DNA of 64,000 nt, taken from the NCBI GenBank assembly GCA_964016885.1, contig OZ024758.1, positions 32,860,001-32,924,000 of the forward strand. Reading direction: 5' to 3'. A program made the translations under genes and the position numbers. The notes under the pieces were generated by a model, which was not told the origin of the DNA, searched no databases, and saw only the letters and a list, made by a program, of their open reading frames with translations. Origin of the DNA: Eledone cirrhosa (Eukaryota). This document shows, one piece after another, positions 1-13,300 of the stretch. Position 1 is the first letter of the stretch. Each line of letters starts with the position of its first letter.

Positions 1-2076
1 TAGTAGAGTGGAGGTGGTAGTAGTAGTAGGGTGGAGGTGGTAGTAGTAGTAGAGTGGAGGTGGTAGTAGTAGTAGGATGGAGGTGGTAGTAGTAGTAGGG
101 TGGAGGTGGTAGTAGTAGTAGAGTGGAGGTGGTAGTAGTAGTAGGATGGAGGTGGTAGTAGTAGTAGGGTGGAGGTGGTAGTAGTAGTAGGGTGAAGGTG
201 GTAGTAGTAGTAGGGTGGAGGTGGTAGTAGTAGTAGGATGGAGGTGGTAGTAGTAGTAGGGTGGAGGTGGTAGTAGTAGTAGAGTGGAGGTGGTAGTAGT
301 AGTAGGATGGAGGTGGTAGTAGTAGTAGGGTGGAGGTGGTAGTAGTAGTAGAGTGGAGGTGGTAGTAGTAGTAGGATGGAGGTGGTAGTAGTAGTAGGGT
401 TAAGGTGGTAGTAGTAGTAGGATGGAGGTGGTAGTAGTAGTAGGGTGGAGGTGGTAGTAGTAGTAGGGTGGAGGTGGTAGTAGTAGTAGGATGGAGGTGG
501 TAGTAGTAGTAGGGTGGAGGTGGTAGTAGTAGTAGGGTGGAGGTGGTAGTAGTAGTAGGATGGAGGTGGTAGTAGTAGTAGGGTGGAGGTGGTAGTAGTA
601 GTAGGGTGGAGGTGGTAGTAGTAGTAGGGTGGAGGTGGTAGTAGTAGTAGGATGGAGGTGGTAGTAGTAGTAGGGTGGAGGTGGTAGTAGTAGTAGAGTG
701 GAGGTGGTAGTAGTAGTAGGGTGGAGGTGGTAGTAGTAGTAGGGTGAAGGTGGTAGTAGTAGTAGGGTGGAGGTGGTAGTAGTAGTAGGATGGAGGTGGT
801 AGTAGTAGTAGGGTGGAGGTGGTAGTAGTAGTAGAGTGGAGGTGGTAGTAGTAGTAGGGTGGAGGTGGTAGTAGTAGTAGGGTTAAGGTGGTAGTAGTAG
901 TAGTAGGGTGAAGGTGGTAGTAGTAGTAGGATGGAGGTGGTAGTAGTAGCAGGGTGGAGGTGGTAGTAGTAGTAGGATGGAGGTGGTAGTAGTAGTAGGG
1001 TGCAGGTGGTAGTAGTAGTAGTAGTAGTAGGGTTAAGGTGGTAGTAGTAGTAGTAGGGTGAAGGTGGTAGTAGTAGTAGGGTGGAGGTGGTAGTAGTAGT
1101 AGGGTGGAGGTGGTAGTAGTAGTAGTAGGGTGAAGGTGGTAGTAGTAGTAGGGTGGAGGTGGTAGTAGTAGTAGGGTGAAGGTGGTAGTAGTAGTAGGGT
1201 GCAGGTGGTAGTAGTAGTAGTAGTAGTAGGGTTAAGGTGGTAGTAGTAGTAGTAGGGTGAAGGTGGTAGTAGTAGTAGGGTGGAGGTGGTAGTAGTAGTA
1301 GGGTGGAGGTGGTAGTAGTAGTAGGGTGGAGGTGGTAGTAGTAGTAGGGTGGAGGTGGTAGTAGTAGTAGGGTGGAGGTGGTAGTAGTAGTAGGGTGGAG
1401 GTGGTAGTAGTAGTAGGGTGGAGGTGGTAGTAGTAGTAGGGTGAAGGTGGTAGTAGTAGTAGGGTGGAGGTGGTAGTAGTAGTAGGGTGGAGGTGGTAGT
1501 AGTAGTAGAGTGGAGGTGGTAGTAGTAGTAGGATGGAGGTGGTAGTAGTAGTAGGGTGGAGGTGGTAGTAGTAGTAGGGTGGAGGTGGTAGTAGTAGCAG
1601 GGTGGAGGTGGTAGTAGTAGTAGGATGGAGGTGGTAGTAGTAGTAGGGTGCAGGTGGTAGTAGTAGTAGTAGTAGTAGGGTTAAGGTGGTAGTAGTAGTA
1701 GTAGGGTGAAGGTGGTAGTAGTAGTAGGGTGGAGGTGGTAGTAGTAGTAGAGTGGAGGTGGTAGTAGTAGTAGAGTGGAGGTGGTAGTAGTAGTAGGGTG
1801 GAGGTGGTAGTAGTAGTAGGGTGAAGGTGGTAGTAGTAGTAGTAGGGTGAAGGTGGTAGTAGTAGTAGGATGGAGGTGGTAGTAGTAGTAGGGTGGAGGT
1901 GGTAGTAGTAGTAGTAGGGTGAAGGTGGTAGTAGTAGTAGTAGGGTGAAGGTGGTAGTAGTAGTAGGGTGGAGGTGGTAGTAGTAGTAGGGTGGAGGTGG
2001 TAGTAGTAGTAGAGTGGAGGTGGTAGTAGTAGTAGGATGGAGGTGGTAGTAGTAGTAGGGTGGAGGTGGTAGTAGT
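1..2076. repeat. 23-bp G-rich minisatellite (GGTGGAGGTGGTAGTAGTAGTAG), runs off the window start
   Basis: Direct tandem units. The ORF track shows a 23-aa period (3 units). Variants have extra TAG triplets and GAA/GCA/TTA substitutions. Confidence 0.97.
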
Positions 2077-2197
2077 GATGTTGCTGACACAACCAATAGA
2101 ACTTGTATGTGTCTTTTCTTTCCAAGTGTTGTAAATTCTCTGCAAGTCATTTCATTACTATGCAACAGTTAATACTTTAAAAATCATATAACCTACC

Positions 2198-5100
2198 TGA
2201 GACTCTTCATTACCACTAGTAGCAATCCCTATGATCCCAGTCTACCTTGACTGAGACTCTTCATTACCACTAGTAGCAATCCCTATGATCCCAGTCCACC
2301 TTGACTGAGACTCTCCATTACCACTAGTAGCAATCCCTATGATCCCAGTCCACCTTGACTGAGACTCTCCATTACCACTAGTAGCAATCCCTATGATCCC
2401 AGTCCACCTTGACTGAGACTCTTCATTACCACTAGTAGCAATCCCTATGATCCCAGTCCACCTTGACTGAGACTCCCCAGTACCACTAGTAGCAATCCCT
2501 ATGATCCCAGTCCACCTTGACTGAGACTCTCCATTACCACTAGTAGCAATCCCTATGATCCCAGTCCACCTTGACTGAGACTCTTCATTACCACTAGTAG
2601 CAATCCCTATGATCCCAGTCCACCTTGACTGAGACTCCCCAGTACCACTAGTAGCAATCCCTATGATCCCAGTCCACCTTGACTGAGACTCTTCATTACC
2701 ACTAGTAGCAATCCCTATGATCCCAGTCCACCTTGACTGAGACTCTTCATTACCACTAGTAGCAATCCCTATGATCCCAGTCCACCTTGACTGAGACTCT
2801 TCATTACCACTAGTAGCAATCCCTATGATCCCAGTCCACCTTGACTGAGACTCTTCATTACCACTAGTAGCAATCCCTATGATCCCAGTCCACCTTGACT
2901 GAGACTCCCCAGTACCACTAGTAGCAATCCCTATGATCCCAGTCCACCTTGACTGAGACTCTCCATTACCACTAGTAGCAATCCCTATGATCCCAGTCCA
3001 CCTTGACTGAGACTCTTCATTACCACTAGTAGCAATCCCTATGATCCCAGTCCACCTTGACTGAGACTCCCCAGTACCACTAGTAGCAATCCCTATGATC
3101 CCAGTCCACCTTGACTGAGACTCTTCATTACCACTAGTAGCAATCCCTATGATCCCAGTCCACCTTGACTGAGACTCTTCATTACCACTAGTAGCAATCC
3201 CTATGATCCCAGTCCACCTTGACTGAGACTCTTCATTACCACTAGTAGCAATCCCTATGATCCCAGTCCACCTTGACTGAGACTCTTCATTACCACTAGT
3301 AGCAATCCCTATGATCCCAGTCCACCTTGACTGAGACTCCCCAGTACCACTAGTAGCAATCCCTATGATCCCAGTCCACCTTGACTGAGACTCTTCATTA
3401 CCACTAGTAGCAATCCCTATGATCCCAGTCCACCTTGACTGAGACTCTTCATTACCACTAGTAGCAATCCCTATGATCCCAGTCCACCTTGACTGAGACT
3501 CCCCAGTACCACTAGTAGCAATCCCTATGATCCCAGTCCACCTTGACTGAGACTCTTCATTACCACTAGTAGCAATCCCTATGATCCCAGTCCACCTTGA
3601 CTGAGACTCCCCAGTACCACTAGTAGCAATCCCTATGATCCCAGTCCACCTTGACTGAGACTCTCCATTACCACTAGTAGCAATCCCTATGATCCCAGTC
3701 CACCTTGACTGAGACTCTCCATTACCACTAGTAGCAATCCCTATGATCCCAGTCCACCTTGACTGAGACTCTCCATTACCACTAGTAGCAATCCCTATGA
3801 TCCCAGTCTACCTTGACTGAGACTCTTCATTACCACTAGTAGCAATCCCTATGATCCCAGTCCACCTTGACTGAGACATCCATTACCACTAGTAGCAATC
3901 CCTATGATCCCAGTCCACCTTGACTGAGACTCTCCATTACCACTAGTAGCAATCCCTATGATCCCAGTCCACCTTGACTGAGACATCCATTACCACTAGT
4001 AGCAATCCCTATGATCCCAGTCCACCTTGACTGAGACATCCATTACCACTAGTAGCAATCCCTATGATCCCAGTCCACCTTGACTGAGACTCTCCATTAC
4101 CACTAGTAGCAATCCCTATGATCCCAGTCCACCTTGACTGAGACATCCATTACCACTAGTAGCAATCCCTATGATCCCAGTCCACCTTGACTGAGACATC
4201 CATTACCACTAGTAGCAATCCCTATGATCCCAGTCCACCTTGACTGAGACATCCATTACCACTTGTAGCAATCTCTATGATCCCAGTCCACCTTGACTGA
4301 GACTCCCCAGTACCACTAGTAGCAATCCCTATGATCCCAGTCCACCTTGACTGAGACTCTCCATTACCACTAGTAGCAATCCCTATGATCCCAGTCCACC
4401 TTGACTGAGACTCTCCATTACCACTAGTAGCAATCCCTATGATCCCAGTCCACCTTGACTGAGACATCCATTACCACTAGTAGCAATCCCTATGATCCCA
4501 GTCCACCTTGACTGAGACTCTCCATTACCACTAGTAGCAATCCCTATGATCCCAGTCCACCTTGACTGAGACTCTTCATTACCACTAGTAGCAATCCCTA
4601 TGATCCCAGTCCACCTTGACTGAGACTCCCCAGTACCACTAGTAGCAATCCCTATGATCCCAGTCCACCTTGACTGAGACTCTCCATTACCACTAGTAGC
4701 AATCCCTATGATCCCAGTCCACCAAGACTGAGACTCTCCATTACCACTTGTAGCAATCTCTATGATCCCAGTCCACCTTGACTGAGACTCTCCATTACCA
4801 CTAGTAGCAATCCCTATGATCCCAGTCTACCTTGACTGAGACTCTCCATTACCACTAGTAGCAATCCCTATGATCCCAGTCCACCTTGACTGAGACTCTT
4901 CATTACCACTAGTAGCAATCCCTATGATCCCAGTCCACCTTGACTGAGACTCCCCAGTACCACTAGTAGCAATCCCTATGATCCCAGTCCACCTTGACTG
5001 AGACTCTCCATTACCACTAGTAGCAATCTCTATGATCCCAGTCCACCTTGACTGAGACTCTCCATTACCACTAGTAGCAATCCCTATGATCCCAGTCCAC

Positions 5101-8100
5101 CTTGACTGAGACTCTTCATTACCACTAGTAGCAATCCCTATGATCCCAGTCCACCTTGACTGAGACTCTCCATTACCACTAGTAGCAATCCCTATGATCC
5201 CAGTCCACCTTGACTGAGACTCTTCATTACCACTAGTAGCAATCCCTATGATCCCAGTCGACATTGACTCTCCATTACCACTAGTAGCAATCCCTATGAT
5301 CCCAGTCGACATTGACTGAGACTCTCCATTACCACTAGTAGCAATCCCTATGATCCCAGTCCACCTTGACTGAGACTCTCCATTACCATTAGTAGCAATC
5401 CCTATGATCCCAGTCGACATTGACTGAGACTCTCCATTACCACTAGTAGCAATCCCTATGATCCCAGTCCACTTTGACTGAGACTCTTCATTACCACTAG
5501 TAGCAATCTCTATGATCCCAGTCCACCTTGACTGAGACTCCCCAGTACCACTAGTAGCAATCCCTATGATCCCAGTCCACCTTGACTGAGACTCTCCATT
5601 ACCATTAGTAGCAATCCCTATGATCCCAGTCGACATTGACTGAGACTCTCCCTTACCACTAGTAGCAATCCCTATGATCCCAGTCCACCTTGACTGAGAC
5701 TCTCCATTACCATTAGTAGCAATCCCTATGATCCCAGTCCACCTTGACTGAGACTCTCCATTACCACTAGTAGCAATCCCTATGATCCCAGTCCACCTTG
5801 ACTGAGACACTTCATTACCACTAGTAGCAATCCCTATGATCCCAGTCCACCTTGACTGAGACTCTCCATTACCATTAGTAACAATCCCTATGATCCCAGT
5901 CCACCTTGACTGAGACTCTTCATTACCACTAGTAGCAATCTCTATGATCCCAGTCCACCTTGACTGAGACTCTCCATTACCACTAGTAGCAATCTCTATG
6001 ATCCCAGTCCACCTTGACTGAGACTCTCCATTACCATTAGTAGCAATCCCTATGATCCCAGTCGACATTGACTGAGACTCTCCCTTACCACTAGTAGCAA
6101 TCCCTATGATCCCAGTCCACCTTGACTGAGACTCTCCATTACCATTAGTAGCAATCCCTATGATCCCAGTCGACATTGACTGAGACTCTCCCTTACCACT
6201 AGTAGCAATCCCTATGATCCCAGTCCACCTTGACTGAGACTCTCCATTACCATTAGTAGCAATCCCTATGATCCCAGTCCACCTTGACTGAGACTCTCCA
6301 TTACCACTAGTAGCAATCTCTATGATCCCAGTCCACCTTGACTGAGACTCTCCATTACCATTAGTAGCAATCCCTATGATCCCAGTCGACATTGACTGAG
6401 ACTCTCCCTTACCACTAGTAGCAATCCCTATGATCCCAGTCGACATTGACTGAGACTCTCCATTACCATTAGTAGCAATCCCTATGATCCCAGTCGACAT
6501 TGACTGAGACTCTCCCTTACCACTAGTAGCAATCCCTATGATCCCAGTCCACCTTGACTGAGACTCTCCATTACCACTAGTAGCAATCCCTATGATCCCA
6601 GTCCACCTTGACTGAGACTCTCCATTACCACTAGTAGCAATCCCTATGATCCCAGTCCACCTTGACTGAGACTCCCCAGTACCACTAGTAGCAATCCCTA
6701 TGATCCCAGTCCACCTTGACTGAGACACTTCATTACCACTAGTAGCAATCCCTATGATCCCAGTCCACCTTGACTGAGACTCTCCATTACCATTAGTAGC
6801 AATCCCTATGATCCCAGTCCACCTTGACTGAGACTCTTCATTACCACTAGTAGCAATCCCTATGATCCCAGTCCACCTTGACTGAGACTCTTCATTACCA
6901 CTAGTAGCAATCCCTATGATCCCAGTCGACATTGACTGAGACTCTCCATTACCACTAGTAGCAATCCCTATGATCCCAGTCCACCTTGACTGAGACTCTC
7001 CATTACCACTAGTAGCAATCCCTATGATCCCAGTCCACCTTCCGGCTGTGACTCTTCATTACCACTAGTAGCAATCCCTATGATCCCAGTCCACCTTGAC
7101 TGAGACTCTTCATTATTACTAGTAGCAATCCCTATGATCCCAGTCCACCTTGACTGAGACTCTTCATTATCACTAGTAGCAATCCCTATGATCCCAGTCC
7201 ACCTTCCGGCTGTGACTCTTCATTACCACTAGTAGCAATCCCTATGATCCCAGTCCACCTTGACTGAGACTCTTCATTACCACTAGTAGCAATCCCTATG
7301 ATCCCAGTACACCTTGACTGAGACTCTCCATTACCACTAGTAGCAATCCCTATGATCCCAGTCCACCTTGACTGAGACTCTTCATTACCACTAGTAGCAA
7401 TCCCTATGATCCCAGTCCACTTTGACTGAGACTCTTCATTACCACTAGTAGCAATCTCTATGATCCCAGTCCACCTTGACTGAGACTCCCCAGTACCACT
7501 AGTAGCAATCCCTATGATCCCAGTCCACCTTGACTGAGACTCTCCATTACCATTAGTAGCAATCCCTATGATCCCAGTCGACATTGACTGAGACTCTCCC
7601 TTACCACTAGTAGCAATCCCTATGATCCCAGTCCACCTTGACTGAGACTCTCCATTACCATTAGTAGCAATCCCTATGATCCCAGTCCACCTTGACTGAG
7701 ACTCTCCATTACCACTAGTAGCAATCCCTATGATCCCAGTCCACCTTGACTGAGACACTTCATTACCACTAGTAGCAATCCCTATGATCCCAGTCCACCT
7801 TGACTGAGACTCTCCATTACCATTAGTAGCAATCCCTATGATCCCAGTCCACCTTGACTGAGACTCTTCATTACCACTAGTAGCAATCTCTATGATCCCA
7901 GTCCACCTTGACTGAGACTCTCCATTACCACTAGTAGCAATCTCTATGATCCCAGTCCACCTTGACTGAGACTCTCCATTACCATTAGTAGCAATCCCTA
8001 TGATCCCAGTCGACATTGACTGAGACTCTCCCTTACCACTAGTAGCAATCCCTATGATCCCAGTCCACCTTGACTGAGACTCTCCATTACCATTAGTAGC

Positions 8101-10288
8101 AATCCCTATGATCCCAGTCGACATTGACTGAGACTCTCCCTTACCACTAGTAGCAATCCCTATGATCCCAGTCCACCTTGACTGAGACTCTCCATTACCA
8201 TTAGTAGCAATCCCTATGATCCCAGTCCACCTTGACTGAGACTCTCCATTACCACTAGTAGCAATCTCTATGATCCCAGTCCACCTTGACTGAGACTCTC
8301 CATTACCATTAGTAGCAATCCCTATGATCCCAGTCGACATTGACTGAGACTCTCCCTTACCACTAGTAGCAATCCCTATGATCCCAGTCGACATTGACTG
8401 AGACTCTCCCTTACCACTAGTAGCAATCCCTATGATCCCAGTCCACCTTGACTGAGACTCTCCATTACCACTAGTAGCAATCCCTATGATCCCAGTCCAC
8501 CTTGACTGAGACTCCCCAGTACCACTAGTAGCAATCCCTATGATCCCAGTCCACCTTGACTGAGACACTTCATTACCACTAGTAGCAATCCCTATGATCC
8601 CAGTCCACCTTGACTGAGACTCTCCATTACCATTAGTAGCAATCCCTATGATCCCAGTCCACCTTGACTGAGACTCTTCATTACCACTAGTAGCAATCCC
8701 TATGATCCCAGTCCACCTTGACTGAGACTCTTCATTACCACTAGTAGCAATCCCTATGATCCCAGTCGACATTGACTGAGACTCTCCATTACCACTAGTA
8801 GCAATCCCTATGATCCCAGTCCACCTTGACTGAGACTCTCCATTACCACTAGTAGCAATCCCTATGATCCCAGTCCACCTTCCGGCTGTGACTCTTCATT
8901 ACCACTAGTAGCAATCCCTATGATCCCAGTCCACCTTGACTGAGACTCTTCATTATTACTAGTAGCAATCCCTATGATCCCAGTCCACCTTGACTGAGAC
9001 TCTTCATTATCACTAGTAGCAATCCCTATGATCCCAGTCCACCTTCCGGCTGTGACTCTTCATTACCACTAGTAGCAATCCCTATGATCCCAGTCCACCT
9101 TGACTGAGACTCTTCATTACCACTAGTAGCAATCCCTATGATCCCAGTACACCTTGACTGAGACTCTCCATTACCACTAGTAGCAATCCCTATGATCCCA
9201 GTCCACCTTGACTGAGACTCTTCATTACCACTAGTAGCAATCCCTATGATCCCAGTCCACCTTGACTGAGACTCTCCATTACCACTAGTAGCAATCCCTA
9301 TGATCCCAGTCCACCAAGACTGAGACTCTCCATTGCCACTAGTAGCAATCCCTATGATCCCAGTCCACCTTGACTGAGACTCTCCATTACCACTAGTAGC
9401 AATCCCTATGATCCCAGTCCAGCTTGACTGAGACTCTTCATTACCACTAGTAGCAATCCCTATGATCCCAGTCCACCTTGACTGGGACTCTCCATTACCA
9501 CTAGTAGCAATCCCTATGATCCCAGTCCAGCTTGACTGAGACTCCCCAGAACCACTAGTAGCAATCCCTATGATCCCAGTCCACCTTGACTGAGACTCTC
9601 CATTACCACTAGTAGCAATCCCTATGATCCCAGTCCACCTTGACTGAGACTCCCCAGTACCACTAGTAGCAATCCCTATGATCCCAGTCCACCTTGACTG
9701 AGACTCTCCATTACCACTAGTAGCAATCCCTATGATCCCAGTCCACCTTGACTGAGACTCTTCATTATTACTAGTAGCAATCCCTATGATCCCAGTCCAC
9801 CTTGACTGAGACTCTTCATTATCACTAGTAGCAATCCCTATGATCCCAGTCCACCTTGACTGAGACTCTCCATTACCACTAGTAGCAATCCCTATGATCC
9901 CAGTCCACCTTGACTGAGACTCTTCATTATTACTAGTAGCAATCCCTATGATCCCAGTCCACCTTGACTGAGACTCTTCATTATCACTAGTAGCAATCCC
10001 TATGATCCCAGTCCACCTTGACTGAGACTCTCCATTACCACTAGTAGCAATCCCTATGATCCCAGTCCACCTTGACTGAGATTCTTAATTACCACTAGTA
10101 GCAATCCCTATGATCCCAGTCCACTTTGACTGAGTCTCTTCATTATCACTAGTAGCAATCCCTATGATCCCAGTCCACCTTGACTGAGACTCTCCATTAC
10201 CACTAGTAGCAATCCCTATGATCCCAGTCCACCTTGACTGAGACTCTTCATTATCACTAGTAGCAATCCCTATGATCCCAGTCCACCT
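2198..10288. repeat. 54-bp minisatellite array (~150 units; CTCTTCATTACCACTAGTAGCAATCCCTATGATCCCAGTCCACCTTGACTGAGA)
   Basis: Direct tandem units with few variant positions. 53-bp (GACATCC) and 56-bp (TCCGGCTGTG) variants occur. The minus-strand 18-aa-periodic ORFs are repeat translations. Confidence 0.97.
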
Positions 10289-10344
10289 TTTATGTTTCCT
10301 TTGAACACATTGAGAACACTGTATGAAATTTCTACAAACTTCTT

Positions 10345-10455
10345 ACTTCAAATTTGAGTATAACCATTTCCCTGATGGTAACAGGGTCCTGTCCTTTTCC
10401 CTATTTACCCTGTCTTTAGTCTCTGCTAAGTTTAATCTGACGTCTATTAAACCAA
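10345..10455 (-). mobile_element. Short decayed RTE LINE ORF fragment
   Basis: The translation VRLNLAETKDRVNREKDRTLLPSGKW aligns with LRVNLAKTKVLISRR-NNTLIPSGKW of the RTE copy at ~54675-54752. Confidence 0.65.
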
Positions 10456-11001
10456 GTTTTTCTTCCATGTGTGCATGTCCACATATATATTTCTTCACAA
10501 TAATATACACATAAATATCAGAAGTATATAAAACTAGCTCTGCCATTTTATATATACTACAAATATAGTGTAATGAGTACCCAAAATATCCCTCAGAACA
10601 GAATAAATCAACACTTCTTTAGATGTTGGCTAAAAAGTCTTTACGTATAAAAATAGATCTATTAAATTCTTCAGTTTATAATTGAATTTTGGCTGAAATC
10701 TACTCGATACTATTATTTTCTTTTTCTACGTTTATGATCAATGTAGATTGATCTTATGTTCAATCTAACATTAAACATGGATTTGACTATTGAAAAGATG
10801 TAATCCTGTAAAATTTTGTAGACAATAGCTAGAATATCCTTTCACAAAATCTAAAGATTGTTGGAATAAACTAGAAGCAAATTTTAATGTGCAATTATTT
10901 TAGAATAAACTGAAAGCAAGATATAAAAATAATCCTCCTCAGATGATAATAAATCTCAAAACAGAAGTTCCTAAAGGACTTCAGAAAAGTCTATATTAAA
11001 T

Positions 11002-11340
11002 AATTGTTTCTATTTTTAGGCACAAGACCAGCAATTACCCAGTATATTACTGGTACTTTATTTTATCGACCCCGTATGTATGAAAGGCAAAGTTAAGCTC
11101 GACGGGATTTGAAGTCTATATTAAATAATGTACATTAAATAATGTTACATTAAATAATTGTTTCTACTTTAGGCACAAGGCCAGCAATTACCCAGTACAT
11201 TACTGGTACTTTATGTTATCGACCCCCGTAAGGATGAAAGGCAAAGTTAACCTCAATGGGATTTGAACTCAGACTGTAAAGGGACGTAACTGTGTTGGAA
11301 AGCATGCCGTCCGACCCTCTACCGATACTGCCAATTCACT
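11002..11340 (-). mobile_element. Two tandem copies of tRNA-derived SINE family A (one 5'-truncated, one near full length)
   Basis: On the minus strand: A-box-like TGGCAGTATCGG, B-box GAGTTCAAATCC, core GCCTTTCATCCTTACGGGGTCGATAAAATAAAGTACCAG, tail GGCCTTGTGCCTAAAGTAGAAACAATT. The family recurs more than 10 times in the window. Confidence 0.85.
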
Positions 11341-11669
11341 ACAAATATATTTTTCCAAGCAAAACATTTAGCATAAAGAGTTCCAAGTGAAAGGATGCCA
11401 TAGAAAAAGAAAACTAAGGGAGACTTAGGCAGAAGTGGTGAAAGCTAACTTTAGGATACTGAGTTCCAGAAAGGAGATTACAAAAGAATGCAACAAGTGG
11501 GTAGACATAGTTTAGGAAAGAATCCATCCAACTCATTCAATCATGGAAAACTTAATCCAATCCAACTCAATCCAGGGCCTTAACACCACTGTTAGAGGAA
11601 TTCCTCCCTGGTTGACCTCCACCACTTTCGGTTTGGTTGTGGTTATGTTATCTACAACACCATGAGTAA

Positions 11670-11845
11670 ATCACTGTTTCTTCCTCAATATAACTTCCAT
11701 AGAGTCAGATCTACCATAGATTCTTGTATATCATTCAGTAATGGTCCTTTATCTTTGAGAAATTTAATGAAAGGAACATTGTTACATTTAACTTCAGCAA
11801 AGCCTTCAACTATATCTGGCATAAGAATCTTTTACTTAATGCTAT
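11670..11845 (+). mobile_element. Degenerate jockey/CR1-type reverse transcriptase fragment
   Basis: QYNFHRVRSTID (cf. QYGFRxxRSTxD) and, after a frameshift, FNFSKAFNYIWHKNLLL (cf. DISKAFDRVWH). Confidence 0.55.
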
Positions 11846-12604
11846 TTTAATTGAATATAAGCCAACCCTACTATATTTGGCCACGGATTAGTGAACCTGC
11901 ATGGTTATATCTATGAGATCCCTTGTATCACTGCAAATTACAAATATCTAAATAGAAGCTTTGAGCTAACTTTTTAAGATTGTGATAAGGTGTAAGTTTA
12001 GGGAATTTAGTAGCTATATCTAGCAGGTTCAGTGGTCATGTAAAAACAACTTTTTTCAAGTTATAGCTAGTATATTATCGAGACTATTTAACATTTATCC
12101 TTTTACCACAGAAAAATCATGCTTGAAATATCAGAGAGTAAAAGTCAGTACATGAATTAGATGCATTAAAGATCTATTATAGCACTTATATCAATTGAAC
12201 CCATTAATACAAATCTGAATTTGAAAAAATTGGTTCACATATAACTATTGAGGAGAGGTAGGCTTATTATAGAGAGGTAATAAAGTCAGACGCAATTGGT
12301 AGCTTAACAGCTTCTGATTAAAGATCTGAAGAACCAACTTATTGCAATCTTTGTAAAATTTAAGATATGATCGCAATAAAATCCTTTTACTCTAAAGTAG
12401 AACTGCAAAAATTTTTATGAAGAGAAATTAACCATAAAATAAGGGGGAGATATAAAGAGATTAGAAATAGGTATATGAGGAGTTAAGGAGTGAAACACGA
12501 ATTACATTTTGATATGCTTGAAAATTACAAGGTATTTAAAGAGCTACTAACAACATGAAAAAGAAAAAGCAAAGAGATAATTATGGGGAAAGATATTAAA
12601 AAGG

Positions 12605-12915
12605 TACAACCATGGCTGTGTGGATAAGAAGTTTGTTTTGTAACCACATGTTTCTAGGTTTAATCCCAATGTATGAATCTTTGCCATAGCCTGAGGTTAA
12701 CCAATGTCTTGTGAGGGAAATCTGGTAGATTGAAAATTTTAAGGAAGCTACATAAGTGTGTGTGTGTGTATGTGTGAGTGAGCATGTGTGAGCAAGTATG
12801 TGCATGTGTGAGCAGGCATGTGCAAGTGTGGATGTGTATGCTTATTGTTTGTGTATGTGTGAGCATGTATGTGTGCATGTGTATGTGTGTACATGTGTGC
12901 ATGTGTATATGTGTA
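12605..12915 (+). mobile_element. Degenerate SINE family C with (TG)/(TGCA)-rich tail
   Basis: Head ATGGCTGTGTGGATAAGAAG, body ending GGAAATCTGGTAGATTGAAAA, then TG-rich simple repeat. Related copies at ~14500-15070, 37055-37150 and 37645-37800. Confidence 0.5.
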
Positions 12916-12924
12916 TAGACAAAA

Positions 12925-13300
12925 ATGATGGTGGTGGTGGTGATGATGATGGTGGTGGTGGTGGTGGTGGTGGTGATGGTAGTGGTGGTGGTGATGGTAG
13001 TGGTGGTGGTGGTAGTGGTGGTGATGATGATGATGATGGTGGTGGTGGTAGTGGTGGTGATGGTGGTGGTGGAGGTGGTGGTGGTGGTGTTGGTGGTGGT
13101 GGTGGTAGTGGTGGTGATGATGATGATGATGGTGGTGATGGTAGTGGTGGTGATGGTGGTGGTGGAGGTGGTGGTGGTGGTGTTGGTGGTGATGGTGGTG
13201 ATGGTGGTGGTGATGGTAGTGGTGGTGATGGTAGTGGTGGTGATGGTAGTGGTGGTGATGGTGGGGGTGATGGTGGTGGTGGTGATGGTGATGATGGTGT
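12925..13300. repeat. Compound (GGT/GAT/AGT)n trinucleotide repeat
   Basis: Direct reading. The poly-His, poly-Gly and poly-Val ORFs are artefacts. Confidence 0.95.

Noticed and set aside
1-2076. Telomeric repeat
   Set aside because: G-rich but not (TTAGGG)n; it is a 23-bp minisatellite.
1232-2145. Extensin-like Pro/Tyr/Thr-rich proteins
   Set aside because: Translation of a 23-bp repeat; the same peptide appears in different frames.
2198-10288. CRISPR-like array (constant repeat with a variable window)
   Set aside because: The variable part is only a few substitutions among recurring alleles. There are no unique spacers or cas genes, and the context is eukaryotic.
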